A DNA stretch of 64,000 nt, from the NCBI RefSeq assembly GCF_018977255.1, contig NW_024704742.1, forward strand, positions 20,648,001 to 20,712,000. Direction: 5' to 3'. How positions within the stretch are numbered: position 1 is the first letter of the stretch; each line of letters starts with the position of its first letter. Below are positions 39,439-51,772 of the stretch, piece by piece. The stretch comes from Callorhinchus milii. Taxonomy: Eukaryota. Position numbers and translations under genes: made by a program. A model generated the notes under the pieces. It ran no database searches. It was not told the DNA's origin and saw nothing but the letters and a program-made list of their open reading frames with translations.

Positions 39439-39684
39439 CAACAACAACAACAACAAGATTCCATTTATAGAGCGCCTTTCACGTCGGGAGGACGTCCCAA
39501 GGCGCTGTACAGTTGGGTCAGGACCCGAGCAGGGGTGAAATGGTCAGGGTGAGGGGAGGGAAGGGAGGGAGCGAAGAGGGGGTAGAGAGTCGAGAGGGGA
39601 GCTGAAGGCACAGTCAAAGAGAAAGGTCTTGAGACCGGCCTTGAAGGAGGAAAGGGAGGAGGCAAGGTGAAGGCACTGGGGGAT
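39439..39684 (-). mobile_element. L2 subfamily A 3' end
   Basis: Reverse-complement match to about 46555-46849. Confidence 0.93.
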
Positions 39685-39710
39685 AGAAGCAGAATGAGCA
39701 CTCTGTGCTT

Positions 39711-40288
39711 ATCGGCCTTCCGAACTCTTCCATCCTCATCGGCCTTCCGAACTCTTCCCTTCATAAGCTGCAGATCATCCAAAACTCTGCAGCTCGTGTA
39801 CTCTCACGCACCAGTCTCCGCGACCCCATCACCCCCACCCTCGCCCGACTCCACTGGCTCCCCATCCCCCAGAGGATCGAGTTCAAGATCATCGTCCTAA
39901 CCTTTAAGGCCATCCATGGCCTTGACCCTCCTACCTCTCTGACCTGCTGACTCCCTACCAACCTGCCCGCTCCCTCCGTACATCAGGCTCTGGCATGCTC
40001 CATGTCTCCCGCTCGACCCGCCCTACCATTCCAGCCTCTCTACCCCCACACTCTGGAACTCCATCCCTTGGTCTCTTCCCCTCGCTTCCTCCCTTGCCTC
40101 CTTCAAGGCCGGTCTCAAGACCTTTCTCTTCGACTGTGCCTTTGGTCTTCCTCCCACCTCTCTGCCTTTCCTCACCCCTACACCACCCCTCCCCCATGCT
40201 CGGGCCCCGACATCTGACTGTTCAGCGCTTTGGGACATCCTCCCAACGTGAAAAGCGCTCTATAAATGTAATGTTGTTGTTGTTGTTG
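39711..40288 (+). mobile_element. L2 subfamily B, 5'-truncated
   Basis: [18 protein letters not shown]...[14 protein letters not shown]; 3' stem-loop and (TTG)n. Confidence 0.95.
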
Positions 40289-40954
40289 AGCCTACCAGGG
40301 ACAGAATGCCCATTTGAATCCAATAAATATTAATTTGAATTTCCATGTCTAGGTGGGATGCATGGAATTCTCAGTTTCGATTGGATATTGTTAAGCATGG
40401 AGATGGATTTCTGCAATCAGCTGACCCCCACCCCAACAATTAAATGATTTGTTTGAGTTAAGTATGCTTAGTTTTATTAGCTAGAGTCAAGCTGACCTGC
40501 AGAATTACAAAATCTTGATCATAAAATGTTCTTTTGATTACATGAAGGTTGCTTATGCCTGTTAGTAGGTCTCAAAATGACTTGCACAACTGCTATCTTG
40601 ATTATAAATGTTGTTTTAGTTAAATTCAGCTGAATTGCAGTACTTCTATCCAAGCATAATGGGTGTCACAGGATAACTCGTATAACACAAGATAAAATAG
40701 TATGAGGAAATATCGTTATGCTGTGTATTGTATTATGAAGAGTTAAATTGGCTAAGAAAGAAGTGAATTTGTTATTGTAGTTGGAATTTGTTGTGTCGTG
40801 ATAGTCCTGTGGTTTACTCAGAGTCAGCCCAAGGCCAACATGATTAGAATATTCAGATGGGTGAAACCGTGCTGACGTACCCTCAGTAGCCTAATGTTAC
40901 AGGACCAAGGAAAACAGAAACAGGAAGAGGTCATTCAGCATATTCATCAAGGAT

Positions 40955-41515
40955 ATGTCACCTCTCGGCTGAACTATTCAAATGCCCTCCTCGCTGGTCT
41001 CCCCTCCACTATCATTCATAAAATCCAGGACATCCAGAACTCTGCCGTCCACATTCTTACCCGTACTAAACTCCACTCCCCGATTACCCCAGTCCTTGCC
41101 AGACTGCACGGGCTGCCTGTCCCAGAGAGGATCGACTTCAAGATCCTCACTCTTGTCTTTAATTCCCTCCACTCCTCTGCACCCTCTCTGACCTCTCTCC
41201 TCACTACAGTGCCCGTTGCCTTCGCTCCACTGGGTCTGGCATCCTCCTTGTCCCCCGAATCCTCCGCTCCACCATTGGTGGCCGAGTCTTCAGCCACTAT
41301 GCCCCGAGGCTCTGGAACTCCCTTTCTCACTCTCTTCACCTCGCCCTCTCTCTTCCTATTTTCAGGTCTTGGCTAAAGACCTTTCTTTTCTACCGAACCT
41401 TTGGTCACCTTCTTCCCCCTCCCCCTGGCTCGGCCCCAACATCCATTATTGGGAAGCGCTCTGAGACGCCATCTTGCGTGGAGGGCACCATATAAATTCA
41501 AGTTGTTGTTATTGT
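40955..41515 (+). mobile_element. Older L2 3' fragment
   Basis: [16 protein letters not shown]...[12 protein letters not shown]; tail ataaattcaagttgttgtt. Confidence 0.9.
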
Positions 41516-42000
41516 TCTTGTATTCCACTAGTCATTAGATTTTGGTAGATCTTTTAATCTCAATACTCCACCCATTGTGCCATCCTTCTTAATATCTCTG
41601 TATGCTACTTATCTGTCTTTCACAAAGTCACAAGATTGGTTTGAATGAAGAAGGCATTTCGACCCATCTGATCTCATTCCTCAAGAACACTAACCATACC
41701 ATGAATTTGGTGTCCTGGCCTCAAACCTCTTCCTGGCAACCTGTTCCAGTCATTAATTACCCTCTGGGCAAATAAAATCTTCCTGGTAGCTGTTCTGAAA
41801 TTACCTTTTGCATCTCTAAACCTATGTCCTCTTATTCCCCTGTCCTGGTGTATCCTGGAGTATTGTCCTGGGTTCATTTTTACAATCTCATTTAAAATTT
41901 TATATACCTAGAATAGGTATTCAGCCCTTGGCGTTGATGCCATTGCATAAATGTAACTGAAAACTCCAGCAAACCGCTTCCTCGTTTAGATAAACGGCCA

Positions 42001-42142
42001 GTGTCTGTCTGTCTGTCTGTCTGTCTCTGTGTGTGTGTGTGTGTGTGTGTGTTTGTCAGTCTGTCTGTATGTCTGTCTCTGTGTGTGTGTGTCTGCCTGT
42101 CTCTATTTGTCTGTCTGTTTGTGTATGTCTGTATGTCTGTCT
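42001..42142. repeat. Compound (TCTG)n/(TG)n microsatellite
   Basis: Directly visible. Confidence 0.95.
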
Positions 42143-42145
42143 TTT

Positions 42146-42463
42146 GTGGAGTCCCGTAGCTCAGTGGTTAGAGCACTCGCTTTGCAAGTGAGAGACCTGA
42201 GTTCAATTCCAGGCAGAGGGCGAAACCTTGGGCAAGTTTCCTTACTCCACACGCCTAATAATAATCCCTCCAAAACCCAAAACAATGATAAATTGGTCAT
42301 TTTCAATCTACGACTGTTTGTGGGACATTGCTGTGTGCAATTGGCTGCCGCGTTCGCCCACAAATATACAGTCAATTCACGTTACAGTGTGTTCTGTGAA
42401 GCGCTTTGGGACGTCCTCCCGACGTGAAAAGCGCTATATCAAATGCAAGGATTATTATTATTA
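42146..42463 (+). mobile_element. Young tRNA-Ala-derived SINE
   Basis: Near-identical to the 4388 and 19026 copies. Confidence 0.95.
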
Positions 42464-42464
42464 A

Positions 42465-42724
42465 TAGGGTGACCTTATTTTGTAAACCAAATCCAGGGAA
42501 AGATAGCAAAAAAAAATGAACTCACAACAATTCCTGATGCTGGCAGTACTGGAGAAGATAGTTGGATTAATGGCTGTATTTCTCTGATGAGTGTATATGT
42601 TTTAAAATTTTATTGTTCTTGCTCAGTTTGTTGCTGAAATCAAGACAGGACAGATTTGGCCCCCAGGGATACAATACCTCAACTGGTGACTGTCTCCAGA
42701 AATTGGGGATGAATGGTCACCCTA
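42465..42724. mobile_element. Non-autonomous hAT (Blackjack-type) MITE
   Basis: Perfect 10-bp terminal inverted repeats TAGGGTGACC (42465-42474) and GGTCACCCTA (42715-42724), 260 bp, no ORF. Confidence 0.75.
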
Positions 42725-44505
42725 CTCTATAAGGTCCCCTCTAAGTCATCTTCTCTCAAGCCCAAAGAGCCCTACCTTGTCTAATCATTGCTCATATGTC
42801 ATTCCTCTAGCATTGGGGATCATCCACATTGCTCTCCTCAGCACTTATCTAGGTTCTTGGCAATTCTGTCATCGTCATGGCAACTAGAACTGTATGCAGT
42901 GCATATTATTACTGTTTAAACATCGCTATATATTCTCTCTCTGAAGTTTTCTGGTGAAGAGCCTTTCAAAACAACCCTTTTGTGAAGAAATGATTCCTGA
43001 TCTCAGTTCTAACCCTCTTATTTCTGATTTTAAGACCGTGCCCCTTGTAATAAATCTTTCTACCAGAGAATAGGGACATCCATTATTTAACCTGCCAATT
43101 CCTTTCCTTACTTTCAATAGCTCAATGAAATCACCCCTCAAAATAATAATAAATCCTTGCATTTGATATAGCGCCTTATCGCGTTGTTGAGACGTCTCAA
43201 AGCACTGAACAGAATATATTGTCAAGTGAATTGTCTTGTATATTTTGTGGGTGAAATGTGACAGCCACAAAGAGACGTGGATTGAGTGACCAAATTTTTT
43301 TTCAGGGATTATTACCCCTGGAAAGCGATAGGTTTCTGAATGCTTTCAGAGCAGTCACAAACATGTGCCAACTTACAACCACAGACTACCCAGGCACTTA
43401 TTATAGCCCTTTCATAGCCCTTTCAACCTAGATATTAATCAAATGACCCACCTCAGCATTTCCTCCGAGACTGGTATATCAAGTTATGCAAAGTTCGCTG
43501 ACTACCCTCACAAACATTGCATGAATTAATATTGGCTCTCTCGATAATTGAGTTTCAGAGAAGCGAGGTACAGATACGTAACCTGGAGCTGGAGAGACAG
43601 ATATGACATTAATTCCAGGCTATCAATGTCCTCTGCAACAAGTCTGTCATCGAATAGAAAAAAAATAATGGTGATTTCTTGAGACTGGGCCATGAACCAT
43701 GACAATATAACGGTCATAGCGCAATTCCCTTCATTCTATTATATATTTTGTAGTCTGAGCTTTAAAACCGTCTTGATGCCTCATTAATTCTACATTCTGA
43801 TGGGCTTTGAAGTCAAATTATACTGAGGATTAATCCTAAAGCAAACATAATTCACAGACTTGATTGCTGATATTTGATAGTCTGCCAGTACATTGTGTAC
43901 TGTAACCTACTTGAAAGATTTTGCAAACTTGTCCTTGTCAAGATATGTGTGCTGTATGAAAAGACATCCCACAGTGGATTCATCAGACGTCTGGCAGCAG
44001 GGATTCTTCATTTCACAAATGTGCTGGCTTGTAAATGAAGATGAAGGCTTTAATATATTGCAGCGGGTTTTGTGATAGAGAGAAATAACAGCTGATCATC
44101 AACCATGACGTAAACATATCAAATATGTTAAGGAAAAACAAACCTGCCCCACGCCCGTGAGGAGGTCACTCTCACAGATGTGAGAAATGTGATCTCAGCC
44201 AAGATCCCAGTCCGATTCTGTGTTCCCACAAATAGAAATGCCCATTTGTAACTTCCAAATTCCTTCCAAAGGAAAATCCCTGGTCTCAGTCGAGGTTGAC
44301 ATTCCAGTGCAGGGCTGGAAAAGCGCTGCATTGTTGAAAATGCAATCTTTTGCATGAGACATTAAATCCATTTGCCTGTTCAGGTGCACCTGAAAGATCC
44401 AATAACATTATTCGAAAAGACAAGGGAATTTCTCTCAGTGTGCTGGCCGACAGTCCTCCAAATAAATTTGGTTGTTGACTTTATAGTTGTTTATGGGACA
44501 ATTGG

Positions 44506-44758
44506 ACAACAACAACAAAATGACAACAACAAAATTACATTTATAGAGCGCCTTTCACGTCAGGAGGACGTCCCAAAAGGCTGAACAATCAGGTGTCGGG
44601 GCCTGAGCATGGGGGAGGGGGGGTGTAGGAGTGAGGGAAGGCAGAGACGTGGGAGGGCAACCAAAGGCACGATCGAAGAGAAGGGTCTTGAGACCGGCCT
44701 TGAAGGAGGCAAGGGAGGAAGCGAGACGAAGGGACCGTGGGATGGAGTTCCAGAGTGT
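44506..44758 (-). mobile_element. L2 subfamily B, 3' piece of a split element
   Basis: (CAA)n tail through gatggagttccagagtgt; continues at 46850. Confidence 0.95.
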
Positions 44759-46694
44759 CCGACAAATCTGGCTGGACCTCCTCAAAATTTACCGCTCCAC
44801 TCTAGCCTCGGCCAAGTCGTCCTTCTACTCCAGGATAATCCTGGAGGCGAAGAACAACCCCAGGCTACTGTTTTCCACCACATCCCGACTCCTCCGTCCC
44901 CCCCGCCACCCCGCGCAGGTCATCTCCTCCAACCTTCACTGCGAGGAGATGCTGGATTTCCTTGAATCCAAGATCAAGGGAATCCGCTCCGCGGTCACTT
45001 CCCCTCCAACTTCCACCCACCACCCACCCCTTCCCTCCCACACTCCGACTCCTACCCATCCTCCCCTACACACCTTCGTACCCGTTTCCCCACCCTCTGT
45101 CACTGAACTCATCCTATCCCTAAAACCAACCACCTGCTCCCTTGACCCCATCCCCACTCCACTCCTTATCTCCCAGCTCCACTTTCTTGCCCCACACATC
45201 ACTGACATCATAAACCTGTCCCTCTCCTCTGGCTCTGTCCCCATTCCATTAAAAACTGCCATCATCACGCCCACCCTGAAAAAACCCTCCCTTGATGCGT
45301 CGCAGCTATCAAGCTACCGGCCCATCTCCAACCTCCCCTTTCTCTCCAAGGTCTTGGAAAGAGTTGTCGCCTCCCAACTGCGCTCTTTCCTCTCCACCCA
45401 TTCTCTTTTTGAACCCCTTCAGTCAGGTTTCCGTGCTGCTCATAGCACAGAAACTGCCCTGGTCAAGGTCACCAATGATATCCTGACCATCTGTGACCAG
45501 GGCTCCCTCTGTCTCCTCGTCCTCCTCGACCTATCGGCAGCATTCGATACGGTCGACCACGCTATCCTACTCCACCGCTTGTCCTCCCACCTCAACCTTC
45601 AAGGCACTGTCCTTGAATGGTTTAGCTCTTACCTTTCCCACCGTCTTCACTTCGTCTCAACGAATGGCTTCTCCTCCACCCCCCGTACTGTCTCATGTGG
45701 TGTCCCTCAGGGCTCTGTCCTCGGTCCCCTCCTCTTCACCCTCTATATGCTCCCCCTTGGTGACATCATCCGCAAACATGGGGTTAACTTCCACATGTAT
45801 GCGGATGACACCCAACTCTACCTTTCCTCCTCTACTCTCAACTCCACGACCACCGATGTCCTGACAGCCTGCCTGTCCGACATCGAGTCCTGGACGAGAG
45901 ACAACTTTCTTCAGCTCAACGTGCGAAAAACCGAGGCCCTCCTGATTGGCTCACGTCAGCGCCTCCGCACCTCAGGCGCTGACACCATCAGCATCCAAGG
46001 CTGCACTCTCCACCTCTCAAAGCCAGTCAGGAACCTCGGCGTTTTGTTCGACCCTGAGCTGTCCTTTCTCCCTCACATCCGCACCACAACTGGCACCGCC
46101 TTCCATCACCTCCGGAATATCGCCAGATTACGGCACTACCTCACCCCTCACGCTGCTGAAACCCTGGTTCACGCCTTTGTCACCTCAAGGCTGGACTATG
46201 GGAACTCTCTCCTCGCCGGCCTTCCCGGCACCTCCCTCCACAAGCTGCAGGTCATTCAGAACTCTGCAGCTCGTGTACTGTCCCGCACCAGGCTTCGGGA
46301 CCACATCACTCCCACCCTCGCTCGCCTCCACTGGCTCCCCATCCCCCAGAGGATTGATTTCAAGATCCTCATCCTCACCTACAAGGCCATTCACGGCCTT
46401 GCTCCCTCCTACCTCTCCAACCTACTATCCCCCTACCTACCTGCCCGTACCCTCCGTTCCTCTGGCTCCGGTCTGCTCCACGTCCCCCGCCCCAACCGCC
46501 CTACTATCGGTGGTCGGGCCTTCAGCCTCTCAGCCCCGAGGCTCTGGAACTCCATCCCCCAGTGCCTTCGCCTTGCTTCCTCCCTTTCCTCCTTCAAGGC
46601 CGGTCTCAAAACCTTTCTCTTTGACCGTGCCTTCAGCTCCCCTCTCGACTCTCTTCCTCCTCCTCGCTCCCTCCCTTCCCTCCCCTCACCCTGA
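44742..46694 (+). CDS. L2 ORF2 reverse transcriptase, uninterrupted but lacking the N-terminal APE endonuclease (650 aa from ATG 44742; ORF track starts at GTG 44631)
   Basis: [49 protein letters not shown] (45798-45809), SRLDYGN, LHWLP; no stops or frameshifts. Confidence 0.93.
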   Translation: MEFQSVRQIWLDLLKIYRSTLASAKSSFYSRIILEAKNNPRLLFSTTSRLLRPPRHPAQVISSNLHCEEMLDFLESKIKGIRSAVTSPPTSTHHPPLPSHTPTPTHPPLHTFVPVSPPSVTELILSLKPTTCSLDPIPTPLLISQLHFLAPHITDIINLSLSSGSVPIPLKTAIITPTLKKPSLDASQLSSYRPISNLPFLSKVLERVVASQLRSFLSTHSLFEPLQSGFRAAHSTETALVKVTNDILTICDQGSLCLLVLLDLSAAFDTVDHAILLHRLSSHLNLQGTVLEWFSSYLSHRLHFVSTNGFSSTPRTVSCGVPQGSVLGPLLFTLYMLPLGDIIRKHGVNFHMYADDTQLYLSSSTLNSTTTDVLTACLSDIESWTRDNFLQLNVRKTEALLIGSRQRLRTSGADTISIQGCTLHLSKPVRNLGVLFDPELSFLPHIRTTTGTAFHHLRNIARLRHYLTPHAAETLVHAFVTSRLDYGNSLLAGLPGTSLHKLQVIQNSAARVLSRTRLRDHITPTLARLHWLPIPQRIDFKILILTYKAIHGLAPSYLSNLLSPYLPARTLRSSGSGLLHVPRPNRPTIGGRAFSLSAPRLWNSIPQCLRLASSLSSFKAGLKTFLFDRAFSSPLDSLPPPRSLPSLPSP

Positions 46695-46849
46695 CCATTT
46701 CCCCCCTCCTCTCTCCCTCCCTTCCCTCCCCTCACCCTGACCATTTCCCCCCTGCTCGGGTCATGACCCAACTGTGCAGCGCCTTGGGACGTCCTCCTGA
46801 CGTGAAAGGCGCTCTATAAATGGAATCTTGTTGTTGTTGTTGTTGTTGT
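44759..46849 (+). mobile_element. Young L2 subfamily A LINE, 5'-truncated, 2.09 kb
   Basis: Intact RT frame, short 3' UTR with stem-loop gcgccttgggacgtcctcctgacgtgaaaggcgc and (TTG)n tail. Confidence 0.97.
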
Positions 46850-48013
46850 GGGGGCAGAGAGGCTGAAAGCCCAGCCATCCATGGTAGGGCGGGTCGGGCG
46901 AGAGACATGGAGCAAACCGGAGGACACTGAACAGAGGGAGCGGGCAGGTTGGTAGGGAGTCAGCAGGTCAGAGAGGTAGGAGGGGGCAAGGCCATGGGTG
47001 GCCTTGAAAGTGAGGACGATGATCTTAAACTCGATCCTCTGGGGGATGGAGAGCCAGTGGATTTGGGGAGGGTGGGAGCGATGGGGTCATCGAGCCTGGT
47101 GCGCGAGAATACACAACCTGCAGAGTTTTGGATGATCTGCAGCTTGTGAAGGGAAGAGTTGGGAAGACTGATGAGAAGGGAGTTTCCATATCGAGCCTTG
47201 ATGTGACGAATGCGTGGGTGAGGTTTTCGACAGCCTGAGGGTTGAGGCAGTGGTGGAGTCTGGCAATGTTGTGGAGGTGGTGGTAGGCAGTGCCGGTCAT
47301 GGCGCGGATGTGGGGGAGAAAGGACAGTTCAGGGTCAAACAAGACACCCAGGTACCTGACTGGCTTAGTGAGGTTGAGTGTGCAGCCGTGGAGGCTGATG
47401 CTGCAGGCGCCCAAGGTGCGGAGGCGCTGGCGTGAGCCAATCAGGAGGGCCTCGGTCTTGCTGACATTGAGTTGGAGAAAGTTGTCCCTCGTCCAGGACT
47501 TGATGGTCGGTCAGGACGCCAGTAGTCCTGGAGTTGAGGGTGGAGGCAGAGAGATAGAGTTGGGTGTCATCCGCATATATATGGAAATTTACCCCGTGTC
47601 TGCGGATGATGTCACCAAGGGTGAAGAGGAGAGGACCAAGGACAAGCCCTGAGGAACACCGCACGAGACATGGAAGAGAAGCTGGAGGAGAAGCCGTTTG
47701 CTGTGATGAAGTGGAGACAGTGTGAAAGGTAGGACCTGAACCAGTCAAGGACAGAACCTTGAAGGTTGAAGTGGAAGGAGAGGCGGTGGAGGAAGATTGA
47801 ATGGTCCACGGTGTCAAAGGCAGTGGAAAGGTTGAAGAGGACAAGGAGGCAAAGGGAGCACTGGTTGCACATGGTCAGCACGGAAACCCAATTGGAGGGA
47901 TTCATGGAGGGAGTGGGAGAAGAGGAAAGGGCGAAGCTGGGAGGCAACGGCTCTCTCAAGGACCTTGGATAGGAAAGGGAGGTTTGAGATGGGCCAGTAG
48001 CTGGACAATGGGC
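46850..48013 (-). mobile_element. L2 subfamily B, 5' piece of the split element (disrupted RT)
   Basis: [32 protein letters not shown] in several frames. Confidence 0.95.
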
Positions 48014-48436
48014 AGTGTGCAAATTGGCTGCCATGTTTGCCTACAAAGACAGTCTTTCTAAACAAAACTTTTAGAAAAGCAATTGAACCAATTTTTTAAA
48101 TATTGTACAAATCTCTGTCTGAGATTCAATCAGAAGAGGGCAAGAGCATTACATTTCAAGCTGAGTAATTCTGACATCTCTTTTCCAGAAACTTTAATCC
48201 CCTTCAATACATCAGGGAGTGCTGTGGTGCACAGAAGACGTTACCTCTGAAGAAATATTAAGATATTAAACACTGCAAATAGTTGCCTATTTTTCCTGCA
48301 GTATAAAATAACCATTTTAAAACTGCACTGAAAGAGTCAAAAGTCTCCTCAAATTTATTAATCTCCTCAAAAATAATTTGTAACTTTTGTTAAAAAAAAC
48401 TAATGATCATAAACAGCATTAACTTATTTTTCAAAC

Positions 48437-48930
48437 TTTTTTTTGTACAGCCGAGTGTCTGATACATTCTGAAACCCATCATCATGCCAGAATGGGAGTT
48501 GCATATACGTATGCCACCTACACGTGGAAATTCTTGTGTTGGAATGGAATACAACTTTCTCCCTGGAGGGATGCATACTGCTTATGTAATTCCAGAGAAT
48601 ATTAGGCACAGGTTGGCAAGAGTACGTGTTGGTGTACTGTTGCAGTTCAACCAGCTAAAACCGCATAGCTTGCATTGAAAGCACTGTGTGGCAAGCTCCT
48701 TGTTCAGCTGGGACTACCCTATCCATTAGGGGCTGTCCTTCCAAATCCTATTGACACACAAGGCTAGCTGATCATCAGTGGTGCCCTGAAGTACAACAGA
48801 TCGATTTGGCTCAGTAACCAGAATTCCAAGACCACCGCAGAGGGCTGGCTTGATTCCAACAAGTTAACAAGCGAGTCACCTTAGGGCCAGTCCATCTCCA
48901 AGGAAGTACCGCTTACTGCTCTGCCCTAAG
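48437..48930 (-). mobile_element. Unclassified A-tailed repeat family copy
   Basis: Same blocks as the 32.4 kb copy; reverse complement ends tcagacactcggctgtacaaaaaaaa. Confidence 0.8.
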
Positions 48931-50654
48931 GAGCATAATTAAGGACAGTGATTCTTGTATTGAAATATAAAATAGCATATTGTATTAAGAATATACACAT
49001 TATACTGATTTTAATGATAGACCAGATTGTTTAAAGACAGACTATTCATTAATTTGAATAGCTGCAAGTCAATGGATTATTGGCATGTTTACTTAAGTAT
49101 TGTGTTGCTTTCCATTTGAATCTGTTGCTTCCAGGTTAATTTAAACTTCTAAATGTCCCCTCCCCATGTTTCTTTGTCCCAGATCTCTTTTATTATTTTT
49201 CTTTCTGTCTTTTAACAGCATAATTTATTTAGTATCTCTCAATAATAAGAATAATAAGAATAATAATCTGTACAATTACTACAGCACGGTTCATGTCAGA
49301 AGATTCATCCCAAAGTGCTTCACAGGATATTCTGTAAAGTTCAGTGATTGTGTGTTTTGTGAACAAACTGTTACCAGCCTATCTTAAAAATAATTCTTCA
49401 TATCTCCAATCTCCATTTCCTTCAGTTCTCACTCCACTCTTCTGAATCTTGATTGATTTCTTTCAGAACACTCCTTATCCTTCTCTTCCTCCTGCAATTT
49501 GAATATTGCCACTTGCTCTGGTTTGCCTTGAGATCATATTCTGTCTTGTCATTCCTTTGCATTCCTTCCCAAGTCTAGCCTTGAACCTTGAATTCAAACA
49601 TTAAGCAATGCACACAATATGATAATCCTAGAGAAAATATATAGAGGTTTAATTTGTGGTATTCCTTAATGCAATTCCTTATGAGAAATCTTGTAAGAAA
49701 ATCTATGGACTCAGAGAAATTTGTTCCGGTCATTGATCTCGGACATCCATGAGATGCCAGCCATACTTCCCGTTTGCATAACACGGATTCCTTCTTAAGA
49801 AGTAGTACAGTACAGGACACTACAATACAATGATAGAGTGCCTTTCACGTCACATAGACATCCCAAAGCATGTGAGAATTCTGGCAGGAGTGAGGTGAGG
49901 CTGGGAGCTGAGCGAGATGAGAAGGAGAGATATGACTAAAAGCGTCAGAGAGGTACATTTTGATGCATACCTTTAAAAAGGGGAAGGAGGGAGCAATGTC
50001 AGACAGACCTTGGAATAGAGTTCCAAATTAGCCCCCTGTATAATTGATTAATTGCAACAATATGTCATTTTTAAAAAATATATATTTTTAAATGTTATTT
50101 TATATTCTTTTGTGTAAGGAACCAACTGTATTCAGTTGAATTAGAGACAGGTGTGTGAGCCCGGAGGACAGCAGAAGCTATGACTAATAACTCCTCACAG
50201 AGAATCATTGGGGTAAGCTTGTTCATTGTTTGTACAGTGACCTAAATAAATGAATTGGTGTGATTGTCGTGAAATTACAGAGGAAGTATAGGTTTGGATT
50301 TCACTGATCATTGTTACTGACAGTACTTGTTTTTGCAAATAGACAAAGCTGCCTTCCAATACCAATCCTGGCATTAGGTGGGATATCAACTGCAGCCTTT
50401 TTCTGTAATGGCAAAGTCTGTTGTCAAATACTCATCACTCTGACCCATTTACCCTTGAACTCAGCAAACAGCAGCATGTCTTGCATAGCCAGAATTTCAA
50501 AATAATTATAGGATGTATATGTAATGTGAAAAGTTAGTTAGGTGGAAGATATCCAGTGAGCTAAGAAATTGTTCAAGCAAATTAGTCTTCACGTTTGTCC
50601 TAATTCTGTCAAATATTGCTTACCCTCTGACAAAATGTCATTTACTAGGACTGA

Positions 50655-50980
50655 GCTCCAAGATGGCCTCGTTGGTAAAAGTGTCACATACTATAGCACA
50701 GGTTTTAGTTTTGTTTCCTTGTCTGTGGTGAGTTAACTGGAGCTTCAGTCGAGCTCAGTGTTCCTGGGCTAGTGAAGGGGGAAAGTCATCCAGTGCCTCT
50801 GCTCTTGAAAGTTATTCAGCGATCCTATACTTGAAACGATTCACGTGCAGAATGTCAAGTAAGGACAGGTTCTGACTTGGCTGTGTTATTGTTCCTCCAT
50901 AGTCAATGCTCGCTCTCTGGGTTCACACATCATGAATGGGCAGTTAGACAATATACCAGAGTGCTGTCAGTGTATCTGTA
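50655..50980 (+). mobile_element. Degenerate SINE-like repeat of a further family
   Basis: Similar to 59785-60075 (gtcaagtaaggacaggttctgacttggctgtg versus gtcagatgaggacaggattggattttgctgtg). Confidence 0.55.
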
Positions 50981-51609
50981 TTCTAGCATGAGTTAATTAA
51001 TGCCTTTAGCATCAGAGAAAGAAAGAAAAAGAAATTATTGACCGATTCAGTTATGACAAAAGTATGTTTATGCACAGCATGATGGAAAGAGGCTTTATGG
51101 TTATATAAATCACCATCCCTCCTAAATGACATGATCACCAAAGCAACAGAAGGTTGAAAGAATGTTGGAGAGTTTCTACCAGGGAGTATATGATAGCCAT
51201 GAAACAGCAACAAACTCAGGAAGCAAGAGGTGCAATTTAAAGCTAATTTCCTACTGGGACTATTATATTGGAAAGGCTCGACATTGGCACTACAATATTC
51301 ACAATACTGGCTCAATGTACTAATGAAGTAAGTTCTGTCATTGTAGCTAATTGCTGTGTTTCGCCCACAAAATACACAATCATCTCCCTTTACAGTATAT
51401 TCTGTGAAGTGTTTTGAGACGAATTGAAGACGTGATAAAGCGCTATATCAAATGCAAGGATTATTATTATTAAAGATAACTAAACTACTGCACGTTTTAA
51501 AGCAGAGGGGAAAGCTGTATTCTGCCTATACATGACCTGCAGTGGATAGATCCAGCCAGCTAAACAAAGTCTTCTGGTAGATTCCAATCGATAAATCATT
51601 CTCACCAAT

Positions 51610-51772
51610 CCATATCCCTCCAAGGAGAGAGTGCAATTCCTACTCCAGACACAGGGAAATTTCCATGTGTAGATGGCATACATATGTGGAACACTCTCAG
51701 TCTGGTTTTGATATTGTTGAGCATGGCTGTGTTCTCATATGTGTCAGACACCTGGGTGAGCAAAATAAAAAT
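51610..51772 (+). mobile_element. Unclassified A-tailed repeat family, short 3' copy
   Basis: ccctccaaggagagagtg...atttccatgtgtag...gtgtcagacacctgggtgagcaaaataaaaa. Confidence 0.7.

Larger units (their letters stand above)
38815..40432 (+). mobile_element. Unclassified A-tailed repeat family copy, interrupted by L2 insertions at about 38970-39045 and 39439-40288
   Basis: Homology to the 32.4 kb copy stops at caggtaagca (39440) and resumes at cctaccagggacag (about 40291). Confidence 0.75.
41615..42905 (-). mobile_element. CR1 3' fragment split by an insertion block of about 0.8 kb (about 41910-42724)
   Basis: RGHRF...GNFRT..RK..FAQRVINDWNRLP; aaaattttatatac (41907) joins ctctataaggtcccctct (42725) as continuous CR1 sequence. 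Confidence 0.7.
44290..48055 (+). mobile_element. Deu-type SINE split by nested L2 elements (pieces about 44290-44505 and 48016-48055)
   Basis: Left piece ends gttgtttatgggacaattgg; right piece resumes tgtgcaaattggctgccatgtttgcctaca, the next Deu block. Confidence 0.75.

Noticed and set aside
45946..46771. 264-aa and other overlapping ORFs
   Set aside because: Alternative-frame and antisense shadows of the C-rich L2 ORF2.
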